The notes beneath the pieces were generated by a model. It ran no database searches. It saw nothing but the letters and a program-made list of their open reading frames with translations, and was not told the origin of the DNA. From Elusimicrobiota bacterium (lineage in GTDB: Bacteria > Elusimicrobiota > Elusimicrobia > UBA1565 > JACRDR01): DNA of 64,000 nucleotides. A program made the position numbers and the translations under genes. The DNA lies in the NCBI GenBank assembly GCA_026388115.1, contig JAPLKK010000033.1:2470-66469 (forward strand), given 5' to 3'. Of the stretch, positions 31,895 to 41,837 are shown piece after piece. How positions within the stretch are numbered: the first letter of the stretch is position 1; every line of letters begins with the position of its first letter.

Positions 31895-32797
31895 GTGGCG
31901 GCCCAGCGCGTCGTCTCCCTGATCGCGTCGAGCACCGAGATCGTCTACGCGCTGGGCTTGGGCGAGCGCCTGGTGGGACGCTCGCAGGAGTGCGACTTTC
32001 CGCCGCAAGCGGGGCAGCTGCCGGCGCTCACCGCTCCCAAGCTCAACGTCAACACGTCGAGCAAGGGCATCGACGATCAGGTCCGCAAGCTCGCCGCCTC
32101 CGGCGCTTCCGCCGACGCGTTGGACGTCGAGAAGCTCAAGGCGCTCGCTCCCGACGTCGTCATCGCGCCGGCCCGGGGCAGCCTGTTCTCGGTGAGCCTC
32201 AAAGACGTGGAGGCCGCGCTGGGCGGCCGGGCGGACGTGAAGATCGTCGCGCTCGAGCCGAACCGGCTCGAGGACGTCTTCAACGATATCCGCAAGATCG
32301 CCGACGCGCTGGAAGCGGCCTCGGCGGGCGAGGCCCTCGTCCATCGCCTGCGCTCGCGCATGCACGCGGTGGCGGAGAAGGCCGCCGAGCTGCCGCCGGT
32401 CCCGGTCGCCTGCCTCAGTTGGCTCGACCCGCTGATGCTCGCGGGCGGCTGGATACCGGAGCTGGTGGCGATGGCCGGAGGGCGCAGCGTGGAGGCCGAG
32501 CGAGGCGGCGAGTGGAACGCCCTCGCCGGCTCCGCGCCGGAGGCCATCGTCGCGATGCCCTGCGGCTTCAATCTGATGCGCACGCGCCTCGAGATGTCCG
32601 CGCTCGCCTCGAAGCCGGAATGGTGCCGCCTCAAGGCGGTCCAGTCCGGCCGCACCTGCGCCGCCGACGGCAACCAATTCTTCAACCGGCCCGGCCCGCG
32701 CTTGGCCGAGTCGCTCGAGATCCTGGCCGAGATCCTGCATCCGAAGGAGTTCGCCTTCGGCTACCAGGGGACGGGCTGGGAGCCTTATCGTCTTTAG
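31895..32797 (+). CDS. Cobalamin/Fe ABC substrate-binding (BtuF-like) protein
   Basis: [49 protein letters not shown]. Confidence 0.85.
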   Translation: MAAQRVVSLIASSTEIVYALGLGERLVGRSQECDFPPQAGQLPALTAPKLNVNTSSKGIDDQVRKLAASGASADALDVEKLKALAPDVVIAPARGSLFSVSLKDVEAALGGRADVKIVALEPNRLEDVFNDIRKIADALEAASAGEALVHRLRSRMHAVAEKAAELPPVPVACLSWLDPLMLAGGWIPELVAMAGGRSVEAERGGEWNALAGSAPEAIVAMPCGFNLMRTRLEMSALASKPEWCRLKAVQSGRTCAADGNQFFNRPGPRLAESLEILAEILHPKEFAFGYQGTGWEPYRL

Positions 32798-32817
32798 AAA
32801 ACGCGCAAGGAGAGACC

Positions 32818-33267
<450 letters not shown>

Positions 33268-33340
33268 CGATCGGTCGCCGCGAGACGGCGCGCGCGAAGA
33301 CTGGCTGAGAAAGACGGGAGACGCTGACGCGGCTCGAGCG

Positions 33341-33823
33341 CTAGCGCGAGTCGAGCTGCACGTCGCGGTCGATGTCTTCGAGCAGGCGGCGGCGGTGCAG
33401 GCCTTCCGCCCCTTCCTTGATGATACCGAGCTCGAGGTCCATGCTCCGCCCGAGCCAGCGGCGCAAGATGGGGCGCAGGACCTTGAGGGCCAGAGGAAGG
33501 TGATAGCTCTCCAGGTGCATGACGCGCGTGCCGCCGGCGACTTTCGTCAGCTCGAAGCCGCCCAGCCCTTTGCGGAAGGGGCCCTTCAGCATCTCGCTCT
33601 GGTAGCCGCCGTCACCGGTGTACACCATCTTGAACGAGCCGCTCCATGGAAAGCCGAAGTAGCGGCCGGACACCTCGGCGAGCGCCGTTTCGCCGTCCGG
33701 ATAGGTGACCTTGCACTGGTCGACCTTCTGTTCGTAGTCGGCGAGACGGGTCGCGTCGCGTAGATACTCAGAGACGCGTTCCTTCGGGGCGCTGACGAGG
33801 ATGTGTCGGGTGACGGTCAACAT
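33341..33823 (-). CDS. SRPBCC/polyketide-cyclase-like protein
   Basis: VTRHILVSAPKERV...KGPF...GGTRV pattern. Confidence 0.75.
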   Translation of the reverse strand: MLTVTRHILVSAPKERVSEYLRDATRLADYEQKVDQCKVTYPDGETALAEVSGRYFGFPWSGSFKMVYTGDGGYQSEMLKGPFRKGLGGFELTKVAGGTRVMHLESYHLPLALKVLRPILRRWLGRSMDLELGIIKEGAEGLHRRRLLEDIDRDVQLDSR

Positions 33824-33833
33824 GGCCTTAAAG

Positions 33834-33907
33834 TGGAGCGGGCGAAGGGAATCGAACCCTCGTCTCTACCTTGGCAAGGTAGCATTCTACCATTGAACCA
33901 CGCCCGC
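33834..33907 (-). tRNA. tRNA-Gly (GCC)
   Basis: GCGGGCG acceptor stem, CTACC-TT-GCC-AA-GGTAG, GGTTCGATTCC, encoded CCA; extended -10 TGaTATAAT at ~33933-33941. Confidence 0.96.
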
Positions 33908-34105
33908 GTCGGATTCTGAACGCCGACACGCGATTATATCAAAAGTCCGAGCCGGACGTCGTCAATCGTGACGAAGGGTCCGGATCTTGGCGCGATCGGG
34001 AATCTGCACCCTAGGGTCTATTCCTTAATAGGCCTACTACCGCGCCTGCGAAACCCCAAAGGCTCAATCGGACCCTCCCCCGCCTATCCTAGAATTGCTG
34101 CCACT

Positions 34106-37100
34106 ATGGTTAAGAATCTCCGCCGGTCGCGCATCCTCCCCATCTTCCTGGCCGCCAGTCTTCTTTTGAGCGGGCCCGCCGGCACGGGTTGGGCGCAGAC
34201 CGTCGGCGCCGCGGCGCATGGCGCCGCCTCGGCCGTGGGCATCTCCGCGGCGGCCGGCGCCCAGGTGGTCGCGCTCCCGCAGGCGAGCGTCCTGCCGCTC
34301 GCGCCTGTCGCCTTGCCCGGCGCCTTGCCGCTCGCCAATCCGTTCCCGCTTTCGGCGCCGCAGACCGCGCCGGCCGCCTCGGCGCAAACGGCCGAAGCCC
34401 TCGCGACGGCCCTGCCTCAAGCCGCCGCTTTGGCGCCGGCGGTCGAACGGCATCCCGTCATCGACCTCATCAACCGCCTCCAGCAGGCGGGCGTCGCCCT
34501 TCCCGAGACGATCGACTCGCCCGCGGACGCGGCCAAGCTGCGCGCCGCGGCCGAGGCCCTGCCCGCCGGCGGCATGCGCGACACGCTCGTCCGACTGGCC
34601 GTGGCGGTGGAGACGCCTCAGGGCCCGGCGCGGCAGGTCGCGCTGGACAACATCTTCGAGAACGGCGTCCCTCCGGCCGCGGCCGCTCCGCAGGCGGTCA
34701 AGCCGGGGCTATGGGAGCGCCTCGCGCAGTCCAAGCTCGTCCCCGCCTCGCTCAAGCGCTACGCCGCGGCCCGCGCAGAAGAGCGGCGTCCCAAGGCGCA
34801 GCCCGTCCCGGCGGATGCTTATAAGGTAAAGACCGACCGCCTGCGCTGGACACCCGACGCGGCCATGCTCGACCAGGCCGCGGCGCTCCCCGCGCCTGCC
34901 AAGGAAGTCGTCGGCCAGGACTTGGCGCTCGAGGCGCTGGAGTTCGGCCTCAAGATGTCGGGCGACGGGCACAACGTCATCATCACCGGCCCGGACGGCT
35001 CCGGCCGCGAGACCGCGACGCGGCGCATGCTCGAGCGCATCGCGCCCTCCATGGACACGCCGCCGGACCTCGTGGCGGTCACGAATCTCAAGCAGAAGGA
35101 GCAGCCGCTGGTGCTCGAGCTGCCGGCCGGCACCGCCGCGTCCTTCAAGGCAGGGCTGAACGGCCTGCTCTCCGCGTTCAAGAAGGGGCTTCCCGCCCTG
35201 CTCGGCTCGGGAGAAGCCGCGGCGAAGAAACACGAGATCCGCGACGCGTTCCAGGAGGCCGCCGCCGGGGCCGAGGCGAAGTTCCAGGAGCAGGTGTCGC
35301 AGGTCAAATTGGCCAACGGCAAATTCGGCGTGATGGCCAAGCCGCAAGAGGACGGCGAGGGGCACGTGACCCTCGTCATCGCCCCGACCTTCAACGGCGA
35401 GCCCCTCGCCAAGGGGGATGAGAAGGCGAAGATCGAAGCCGGCGCCTTCACGGCCGCGGAGTGGGAGCAGGCGATGAAGGAGCTCCCCGGCGTCGCCCAG
35501 CAGGTCAGCCAGCAGTACATGCAGCTGGCGCGGATGATCGCCGCCGCCGGAGCGCAGGCGCAGGGCGCCATCGTCGCCATCGACGCCAAGACCGCGGCGG
35601 CGGCCGTGCATCAGCTCGGCGCTCCGCTCAAGGCGCTGGCCCGGCCGGAGGCCGCGCACGACGACGCGCGCCACGCCGAGCTGCAGAAGCGCGCCAAGCT
35701 TTTGATGCAGGAGTTCGAGAAGACGCACGGCTCCAAGCAGGTGGGGCCGTTCCTGGTCGTCATCCGCATGGCGCAGACCAAGGAAGGCACCCAGCCGGTG
35801 CCCTCGCTGTCCAAGGACGGAAAGCCGGTCGGCCGCGAGACGCTGATGGGCATGATCTTCTCCGGCGAGATGTCCGAGGCCGACTGGGAGAAGATCCAAT
35901 CCGAGATCGAGACCTTCGTCACCGAATATCGCGACGGGCTCAAGAAGCTGACGGAACAGCTCGAGAAGGAGCACGGGGCGCTCCACGCCGGCGACCCGCC
36001 GCCCACCGCGGCGCAGGCCAAGGCCTCGGCCTATGTGGATATGCTCCTCGCGGACATCGCCAAGAACTACCAGGCGTTCCTGCCGCAGCGCGAGGAGGGC
36101 GGCAATCCCCTTGCCGCGCTCATGGCCGCCAAGAAGGGCGACCCGGCCGAGGCGTACGTCGTGAGCGTCCTCGCCGCCAACCAGCCCGGCTCGGGCGCGC
36201 CCGTCATCTTCGAGCGCTCGCCCAGCTTCGAGAACCTGTTCGGCTCCGTCGAGGGCGACGGCCGCGTCCTGATGATGCCGGGCGCCGGCATGGTCAAGGC
36301 CGACGCCCCGGGCGGCCCGGAGCTCAAGAGCGGCTCGTACGTGAAGGCCAACGGCGGCTTCCTCGTGCTCAACCTCATGGACGTCCTGCGCGAGCAGGGA
36401 ACCTGGGCCGCCCTGATGCGCGCCGTTCGCGCCGGCCAGGCCGAGATCGCGGAAGGCGGGGCCATGGGAGCCCTTGTAGGCGCCAACGCCAAGCGCCACC
36501 CGGTCCAGGCCAAGGTCAAGGTCGTGCTCATCGGCTCGACCTCGTTGAAGATGCTCCTTGCGGAACACGACCCCGACTTCGCCCGCCACTTCAAGGCCGC
36601 CTCGCAGTTCGAATCGTCCATGAACATGGCGGTCGAGAACATCGCCGGCTACCTCCACTTCATGAGGTCGATGGCAGAGACGTCCACCGCGGGCGTCCTC
36701 TCCATGACGCGCGACGCCATGGTCGAGGTTCTCCAGTACGCCGCGAAGCTCGCGGGCTCCAACGAGAAGCTGACGGCGAGGTTCAGGCCGCTGCTCGACC
36801 TCATGACCGAGGCGACCTACTGGGCGCGCCAGGCCGGCCATAGCGAGGTCACGGGCTCCGACGTGGCCGCCGCGATCCAGAAGAAGCTGGACTTCGAGGG
36901 CAGCGCGCGCCGCCACATGCAGGAGATGTACTCGAAGGACATCTTCCATATCCAGACCGAGGGCACGGCCGTCGGACAGACGAACGCGCTCACGGTCTAC
37001 GGCGACTTCGGCTTGCCGACGCGCGCCACCGTGACCGTGAAGGCCGGCGGTTCGGGCGTGACCGCGCTCGACGACAAGGCGGGCCTCGCGGGGCCGTTCT

Positions 37101-37642
37101 ACAAGCAAGGCGTCGCGGTGCTCGAGAGTTTCCTCGACCACGTCTTCGCCAAGGAGCGCGGCCTGCCGTTCGAGGTCCGCGTGAAGAAGGAGCAGCTGTA
37201 CTCTCAGATCGACGGCGACTCCTCGACCTCGACGAACATCTACGCGACCCTGTCGGCGCTGTCCGGCGTGCCGATCAAGCAGTCGATCGCGATGACGGGC
37301 TCGGCCGACCAGTTCGGCAACGTCCAGCCGATCGGCGGCGTGAACTACAAGATCGAGGGCTTCTACGACATCATCACGGCGAAGCTGAAGGCGGCGGGCA
37401 AGTCGCTCGACGGGACGCAAGGCGTGATCATCCCGGCGACGAACGTGCCGGACCTCATGCTGCGCGCCGACATCGCCCAGGCCGTCAAGGACGGCAAGTT
37501 CCAGCTGTGGGCCGTCACGCACGTCAGCCAGGGCATCGAGATCCTGACGGGCGAGGCGTACTCCGAGATCGTGCGCAAGATCCAGCTCCGCGCGGACAAG
37601 GTCCGCGGCGGTGGAAAGTCCGGCGCGTCGAAGCCGGATTAA
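34106..37642 (+). CDS. LonC-like (AAA_32 + Lon protease domain) protein with signal peptide
   Basis: VGQDLALEALEFGL, KANGGFL, EQLYSQIDGDSS (Ser), QPIGGVNYKIEGF (Lys); signal peptide ending GWA and Ala/Pro linker. Confidence 0.85.
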   Translation: MVKNLRRSRILPIFLAASLLLSGPAGTGWAQTVGAAAHGAASAVGISAAAGAQVVALPQASVLPLAPVALPGALPLANPFPLSAPQTAPAASAQTAEALATALPQAAALAPAVERHPVIDLINRLQQAGVALPETIDSPADAAKLRAAAEALPAGGMRDTLVRLAVAVETPQGPARQVALDNIFENGVPPAAAAPQAVKPGLWERLAQSKLVPASLKRYAAARAEERRPKAQPVPADAYKVKTDRLRWTPDAAMLDQAAALPAPAKEVVGQDLALEALEFGLKMSGDGHNVIITGPDGSGRETATRRMLERIAPSMDTPPDLVAVTNLKQKEQPLVLELPAGTAASFKAGLNGLLSAFKKGLPALLGSGEAAAKKHEIRDAFQEAAAGAEAKFQEQVSQVKLANGKFGVMAKPQEDGEGHVTLVIAPTFNGEPLAKGDEKAKIEAGAFTAAEWEQAMKELPGVAQQVSQQYMQLARMIAAAGAQAQGAIVAIDAKTAAAAVHQLGAPLKALARPEAAHDDARHAELQKRAKLLMQEFEKTHGSKQVGPFLVVIRMAQTKEGTQPVPSLSKDGKPVGRETLMGMIFSGEMSEADWEKIQSEIETFVTEYRDGLKKLTEQLEKEHGALHAGDPPPTAAQAKASAYVDMLLADIAKNYQAFLPQREEGGNPLAALMAAKKGDPAEAYVVSVLAANQPGSGAPVIFERSPSFENLFGSVEGDGRVLMMPGAGMVKADAPGGPELKSGSYVKANGGFLVLNLMDVLREQGTWAALMRAVRAGQAEIAEGGAMGALVGANAKRHPVQAKVKVVLIGSTSLKMLLAEHDPDFARHFKAASQFESSMNMAVENIAGYLHFMRSMAETSTAGVLSMTRDAMVEVLQYAAKLAGSNEKLTARFRPLLDLMTEATYWARQAGHSEVTGSDVAAAIQKKLDFEGSARRHMQEMYSKDIFHIQTEGTAVGQTNALTVYGDFGLPTRATVTVKAGGSGVTALDDKAGLAGPFYKQGVAVLESFLDHVFAKERGLPFEVRVKKEQLYSQIDGDSSTSTNIYATLSALSGVPIKQSIAMTGSADQFGNVQPIGGVNYKIEGFYDIITAKLKAAGKSLDGTQGVIIPATNVPDLMLRADIAQAVKDGKFQLWAVTHVSQGIEILTGEAYSEIVRKIQLRADKVRGGGKSGASKPD

Positions 37643-39051
37643 TCGGCGCCGCCGAGCTTCCTCAGCTCTTTCTGCGCCGAGCGCGCGGTCTCGGGCGACG
37701 GGTTGCCCTCGAGCGCCCTGCGGAAGAACTTGACCGCATAGCCGGTATTCTTCTCCTCAAGGAGGCAGAATCCCATCCCCGCGTAGGCGTCGGCCACGTA
37801 ACGGTCGCGCAGGCCGCTCTTGATCGCCATGGTCAGCGAGTCCATGAACGCGACTCGGGCCGCGCTGAAATCCTTCTGCTGCAGGCGCAGCCCGCCGAGA
37901 AGGCTCAGGCGGCGGATCTCGCGCGGGTCCGTCGGCACCAGCAAGGCCGTGGCCTCGCCCAGTTCGTCTTGCGCCTGGGCAAACATACCCAGCCTCAAGA
38001 ACTCTTCGGCCGCGTTGAGATGCTTCTCGATGCGTTCGTCGACTGACAAGCCCGCGAGGTCCCGCTCCGGGACCCGCACCGGCACGGCAGGTGCCTTCGC
38101 GCCCCCCCAGCGGAAGGTTGCGCTCAATCGGTGCGCAGAGCCCAGGTCGCCCAGCGGTGTGAACGCGTAATCGAGCTGGAACCCGTCATGCCGCCAGCCG
38201 AAGCCGGCCGTGATGCCGATGCCGGCGTCGTTGCGGCCGTTGAATCCCACGCGCGCCGCGAAGGAAGGGGCGAGCCAGCTTTCCGCGCCGAAAGAGAATA
38301 AAGCATTGTCGGAGCGCTCCTTGATCAGGTCGAGCTCGAACGTCACGGGCAAGGCCAGGAGATTATCTACCCAGTCGAAGGAAGCTGGAGCCTCGGCGCC
38401 TGAGCGGACCTCATAAGCCGCGCCGAGCCGCAATTGGGCTGGCAGCTTCTCGTTGGCGCTCTGGAAGCGCACTGTGGAGCCCATATTTTGCAGGGCCGCC
38501 GCGAAGAGCCAGCGCCGCCTGCCCGGCGTCGCATAGAGGATGCCGCCGTCGGCCGCGTAGGCCGAGCCTGAAACATTGTCGATCGACTCGCGAATGAACT
38601 TCACCGCGCCACCGACACGCAGGCCTTCGGCCACCTCCCGGCCCAATCCAAGCCCCAGCGCCGTGTCCGTGATACCGAAAGACGCGCCCGTGCCGTCGGG
38701 GTTCGACACGGTCGTCCGGGGAACGTGTCCGTAGGTCAGGTAATTGAGCTGGAGGCCGAGGCCCTGGGGCGTGGCGAAGCCGACGTACTCCTGCGTGATC
38801 GGCGAGACATACTGATTGTGCATCAAGGTCGCCTCGTAGCGCCCGCCTCGCCCGAGCGCGGCGGGATTGTAGATGAGGGCCTCGGCGTCGGAGGCGAGCG
38901 CCGCCTGGGCCCCTCCCATGGCCACGGCGCGCGCCCCCGCGTCGAGCGAAAGGAAATCGAAGGGCTCGGCCCCCGGGCTCGCAGCCAGCGCCCGGCCGCC
39001 CGCGGCGAACGCGGCCAGAGCCACCCCGATCGCTGCCGCAGTCCTCTTCAT
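37639..39051 (-). CDS. PorV/PorQ-like beta-barrel with C-terminal TPR domain
   Basis: FLSLDAGARAVAMG, YNPAAL, LDYAFTPLGDLGSAHRLS; TPR helices; ATGA overlap with the giant gene. Confidence 0.85.
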   Translation of the reverse strand: MKRTAAAIGVALAAFAAGGRALAASPGAEPFDFLSLDAGARAVAMGGAQAALASDAEALIYNPAALGRGGRYEATLMHNQYVSPITQEYVGFATPQGLGLQLNYLTYGHVPRTTVSNPDGTGASFGITDTALGLGLGREVAEGLRVGGAVKFIRESIDNVSGSAYAADGGILYATPGRRRWLFAAALQNMGSTVRFQSANEKLPAQLRLGAAYEVRSGAEAPASFDWVDNLLALPVTFELDLIKERSDNALFSFGAESWLAPSFAARVGFNGRNDAGIGITAGFGWRHDGFQLDYAFTPLGDLGSAHRLSATFRWGGAKAPAVPVRVPERDLAGLSVDERIEKHLNAAEEFLRLGMFAQAQDELGEATALLVPTDPREIRRLSLLGGLRLQQKDFSAARVAFMDSLTMAIKSGLRDRYVADAYAGMGFCLLEEKNTGYAVKFFRRALEGNPSPETARSAQKELRKLGGAD

Positions 39052-41837
39052 CGAATGATCGCGAGCACGCGAGTGGCGCCCACTTGGCCTTGGCTCGTCA
39101 TGACCGCGATGTAACCTCCCGTCGCCACGTCGCGCCCGTCCTCATTGCGGGCGTCCCACTGCAGCCTGCCGCCGGCCTCGCTCGTCATCCGCTTGACGCG
39201 CCGCCCGCTCACCGTGTAGATGGTGACGACGGCTCCCGGAGGCAGCTTATTGAAAACGATGCCGGAGTCCGGGTCCGAGGGGCTGAAGGGGCGCCCCTCG
39301 TCCGGGTTGCCGCCGTTCGGCTTGAACGGCACTGGGTAGATCTGGACCTCGTTCAGGGCGGCGTGGGCGGGCGCCGCGAAGAGGCCGAAGAGGCTGAAGT
39401 GCGGCGTGTTGCCCGTGACCCGATGGTTCACCGCGTCCACGGTCGACAAGAAATCCTTGCGCCATTGCTCGGCGACCGGGTCATAGGCCCACATCTGCAG
39501 GTCCGCGGCGCGCAGACCCGTGCCGTCTACGATGCCGTCGTTGTCGGCGTCCGGGTATGAGATCGAGACCGCCGCGGTCATGCCGTTGACGAGCGCGCTC
39601 TGCCCGTTGTCGAGCGTGATCTCGACGTAATCGTTCGCAGGCAAAGGGTCAGCGTTGAGGACGCGCGCCAGAGCGCGCACGGCCGCCGCGGTGAACGCCG
39701 GCGCGTCGAGCGGGTTATTGACCACGGTGATCGTGACCGTCGAGGAAGCGAGCGCCCCGGCGGGGATCGCCACCGAGGAGAGCTGGCCCGAGCCCGCGTC
39801 TCCCGACTGGACGGTGGTCGCGGCCCCGTTATTGACCTTCTGCTGCGTCTGGACGCTGCCGCCCCCGAGGTCCGTCTCTTGGATGTCGGGCTGGGCCGGG
39901 TCCACGCCGACCGTGATAGCCGGCGGGGTCGCGTCGGCCCGGCCCGAGAAATCCGTGGCGAGGGCGCGAAGGTCATAGGAGCCTGGGGCGAGCAGGTTCG
40001 CGTTCCAATGCACGTACCATGGGGGCGCCGAGGCCGGGTTAGGATGGTTGAACTCGGCGGCGGCCAGCGCGGCCCAGACCGCGGCCGAGGACGGCTTGTA
40101 CTGGAACAGGACCTGGCGGGTCTGCGCGACGTCCCCTAGGACGATCTGGGCCTGGACGGTGATGCGGTTGCCGATGATCTTCTTCCCCGCCTCTGGCGTC
40201 GCGATCGCGGCGCGCACGCCGTCCAAGCTGTTGAGCGCGGCCGCGGCGGCCGACACGCCGGCGTCCTGCTCCTCGACGCCGCAACGATTGACGGCCCGCA
40301 GGCTGAAGCGGTAGGCGGGGCTGGAGACCAGGACGTCGGTGAGGTAGCCCGTCGCCGACGCCGGAAGCTCGGCAAGCGGTTGCACGTAATCGACCTGGCC
40401 GGTCCCCGCGTCGTAATAGAGCTTGTAGCCCGTGACGCCCTCGGAGGGCGATGGAGACCACTGCAGACGGATCCGATCGCTCGCCAGCGACATGGCGGAG
40501 AGCCGGCCCGCCGGAAGCGGCGCCTGGGCCTGCGTGACCAATTGGACCGGCGGGGAATAGTCGCTGGCGAGGCCGTCGCCGTTGATCGCGCGGATCTTCG
40601 CGAAGGCCGGCAGGCAGGCAAGCAGGTAGTAGTCCGTGGCCGAGGTACCGATGCCTTGGAAGACGCGGTTGAACGTCGCGCCGTCGGTGGAGACTAAGAG
40701 CTCGACCGGCGTTCCGGGTGGATCGGAGCCCATCGACCAGGCGAACGCCGCGCTGGTGATCTCGACATCGGCGACGGCCAGCGCCGGAGGGTCCGCCAAG
40801 GTGTAGGCCTGCGCCGGCGCCGAGCGGAGGCCCTCCCCCGTCGCGTTCACGGCGGAGACCACGAGGCGCTGCAAAGTGTTCGGCGCCAGGCCCCCTGACA
40901 CGAACGGCAGAGCGTCCGCGACCCCCGCGGATACCGTCGGATTGGAAGCGTAATAGAGCCGGTACTGCGATGCCCCGGCGACCGCGGTCCATGTCCACAG
41001 CAGGGCGGAGTCGCCGATCGCCGAGACGGACAGGCCCATGGGCGCGGGCGGGCCCGGATCCGCCGCCGTCGCCGCCGCGCCGGCGTACGCCGTGCCGATC
41101 CCGTCGCCGTTGACCGCCCGCACGCGGTAGGAATAGGCGGTCGAGGGCGACAGCCCGGCGTCAACGGCAGCAAGACCGGCGCCGGCCCATCTCTTGACGA
41201 AGCTCGCGCCGGCAGAGCGCTCCAGCTCGAAGATCGTCCCGTCGGGATCGTCGTTGCCCGACCACGCCAAGCTCGCGGAGACCGACGAGACCGCCGTGAC
41301 GGACAATGACGACGGCGCGCCGGCGAGCGTATAGCGCGAGGCGGAGCCCGAGTTCGCCAAACCGCCCGCGTTGAACGCCTGGACATGGTACGCCCCGTAG
41401 GGGAGATTGGCCTGCAGGCCTGACTGCACCCAAGTCGTCGCGGCAGCCGCCAGGTCCCCAGAGAGGTTGGAGGTGCCCGACATCACGCGGTAGCCTGCCG
41501 CGTCCGGCGCATGCGGTGTCCAGGACCATTCGATGGAGGCGCCATCGAGCGCGCGGGCGCCGAAGGCCGACGCGGGAACGGGCGCGCTCAGGTCGTTGGT
41601 GCGCGCGGCAAGCTCGGGAGTAAAGGCGCTCTTGAGCCCGGCGCCGTTGACGGCTCGGACCTGATAGAAGTAGCTCGTGCCGGGCGCGAGCCCCGTGTCG
41701 ATGAACGCGAAGGAGCTTTGCGAGGCGAGCGTCGAAGCGGGGCCGCCGGTGGAGCGCTGGAGCTCGTAGACCGTTTGAGCGGGATTGCCTCCCGCCGCCC
41801 AGGCGAGAGCCACGCTCGTGGGCGACTGGGCCGTCAC
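39048..41837 (-). CDS. C-terminal part of giant surface protein: FN3 repeats + T9SS-like (FlgD-Ig) C-terminal domain
   Basis: FN3 motifs (DTGLAPGTSYFYQVRA), PHFSLFGLF, VQIYPVPFKP, IYTVSGRRVK, WDARNEDGRDVATGGY. Confidence 0.85.
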   Translation of the reverse strand: MTAQSPTSVALAWAAGGNPAQTVYELQRSTGGPASTLASQSSFAFIDTGLAPGTSYFYQVRAVNGAGLKSAFTPELAARTNDLSAPVPASAFGARALDGASIEWSWTPHAPDAAGYRVMSGTSNLSGDLAAAATTWVQSGLQANLPYGAYHVQAFNAGGLANSGSASRYTLAGAPSSLSVTAVSSVSASLAWSGNDDPDGTIFELERSAGASFVKRWAGAGLAAVDAGLSPSTAYSYRVRAVNGDGIGTAYAGAAATAADPGPPAPMGLSVSAIGDSALLWTWTAVAGASQYRLYYASNPTVSAGVADALPFVSGGLAPNTLQRLVVSAVNATGEGLRSAPAQAYTLADPPALAVADVEITSAAFAWSMGSDPPGTPVELLVSTDGATFNRVFQGIGTSATDYYLLACLPAFAKIRAINGDGLASDYSPPVQLVTQAQAPLPAGRLSAMSLASDRIRLQWSPSPSEGVTGYKLYYDAGTGQVDYVQPLAELPASATGYLTDVLVSSPAYRFSLRAVNRCGVEEQDAGVSAAAAALNSLDGVRAAIATPEAGKKIIGNRITVQAQIVLGDVAQTRQVLFQYKPSSAAVWAALAAAEFNHPNPASAPPWYVHWNANLLAPGSYDLRALATDFSGRADATPPAITVGVDPAQPDIQETDLGGGSVQTQQKVNNGAATTVQSGDAGSGQLSSVAIPAGALASSTVTITVVNNPLDAPAFTAAAVRALARVLNADPLPANDYVEITLDNGQSALVNGMTAAVSISYPDADNDGIVDGTGLRAADLQMWAYDPVAEQWRKDFLSTVDAVNHRVTGNTPHFSLFGLFAAPAHAALNEVQIYPVPFKPNGGNPDEGRPFSPSDPDSGIVFNKLPPGAVVTIYTVSGRRVKRMTSEAGGRLQWDARNEDGRDVATGGYIAVMTSQGQVGATRVLAIIR

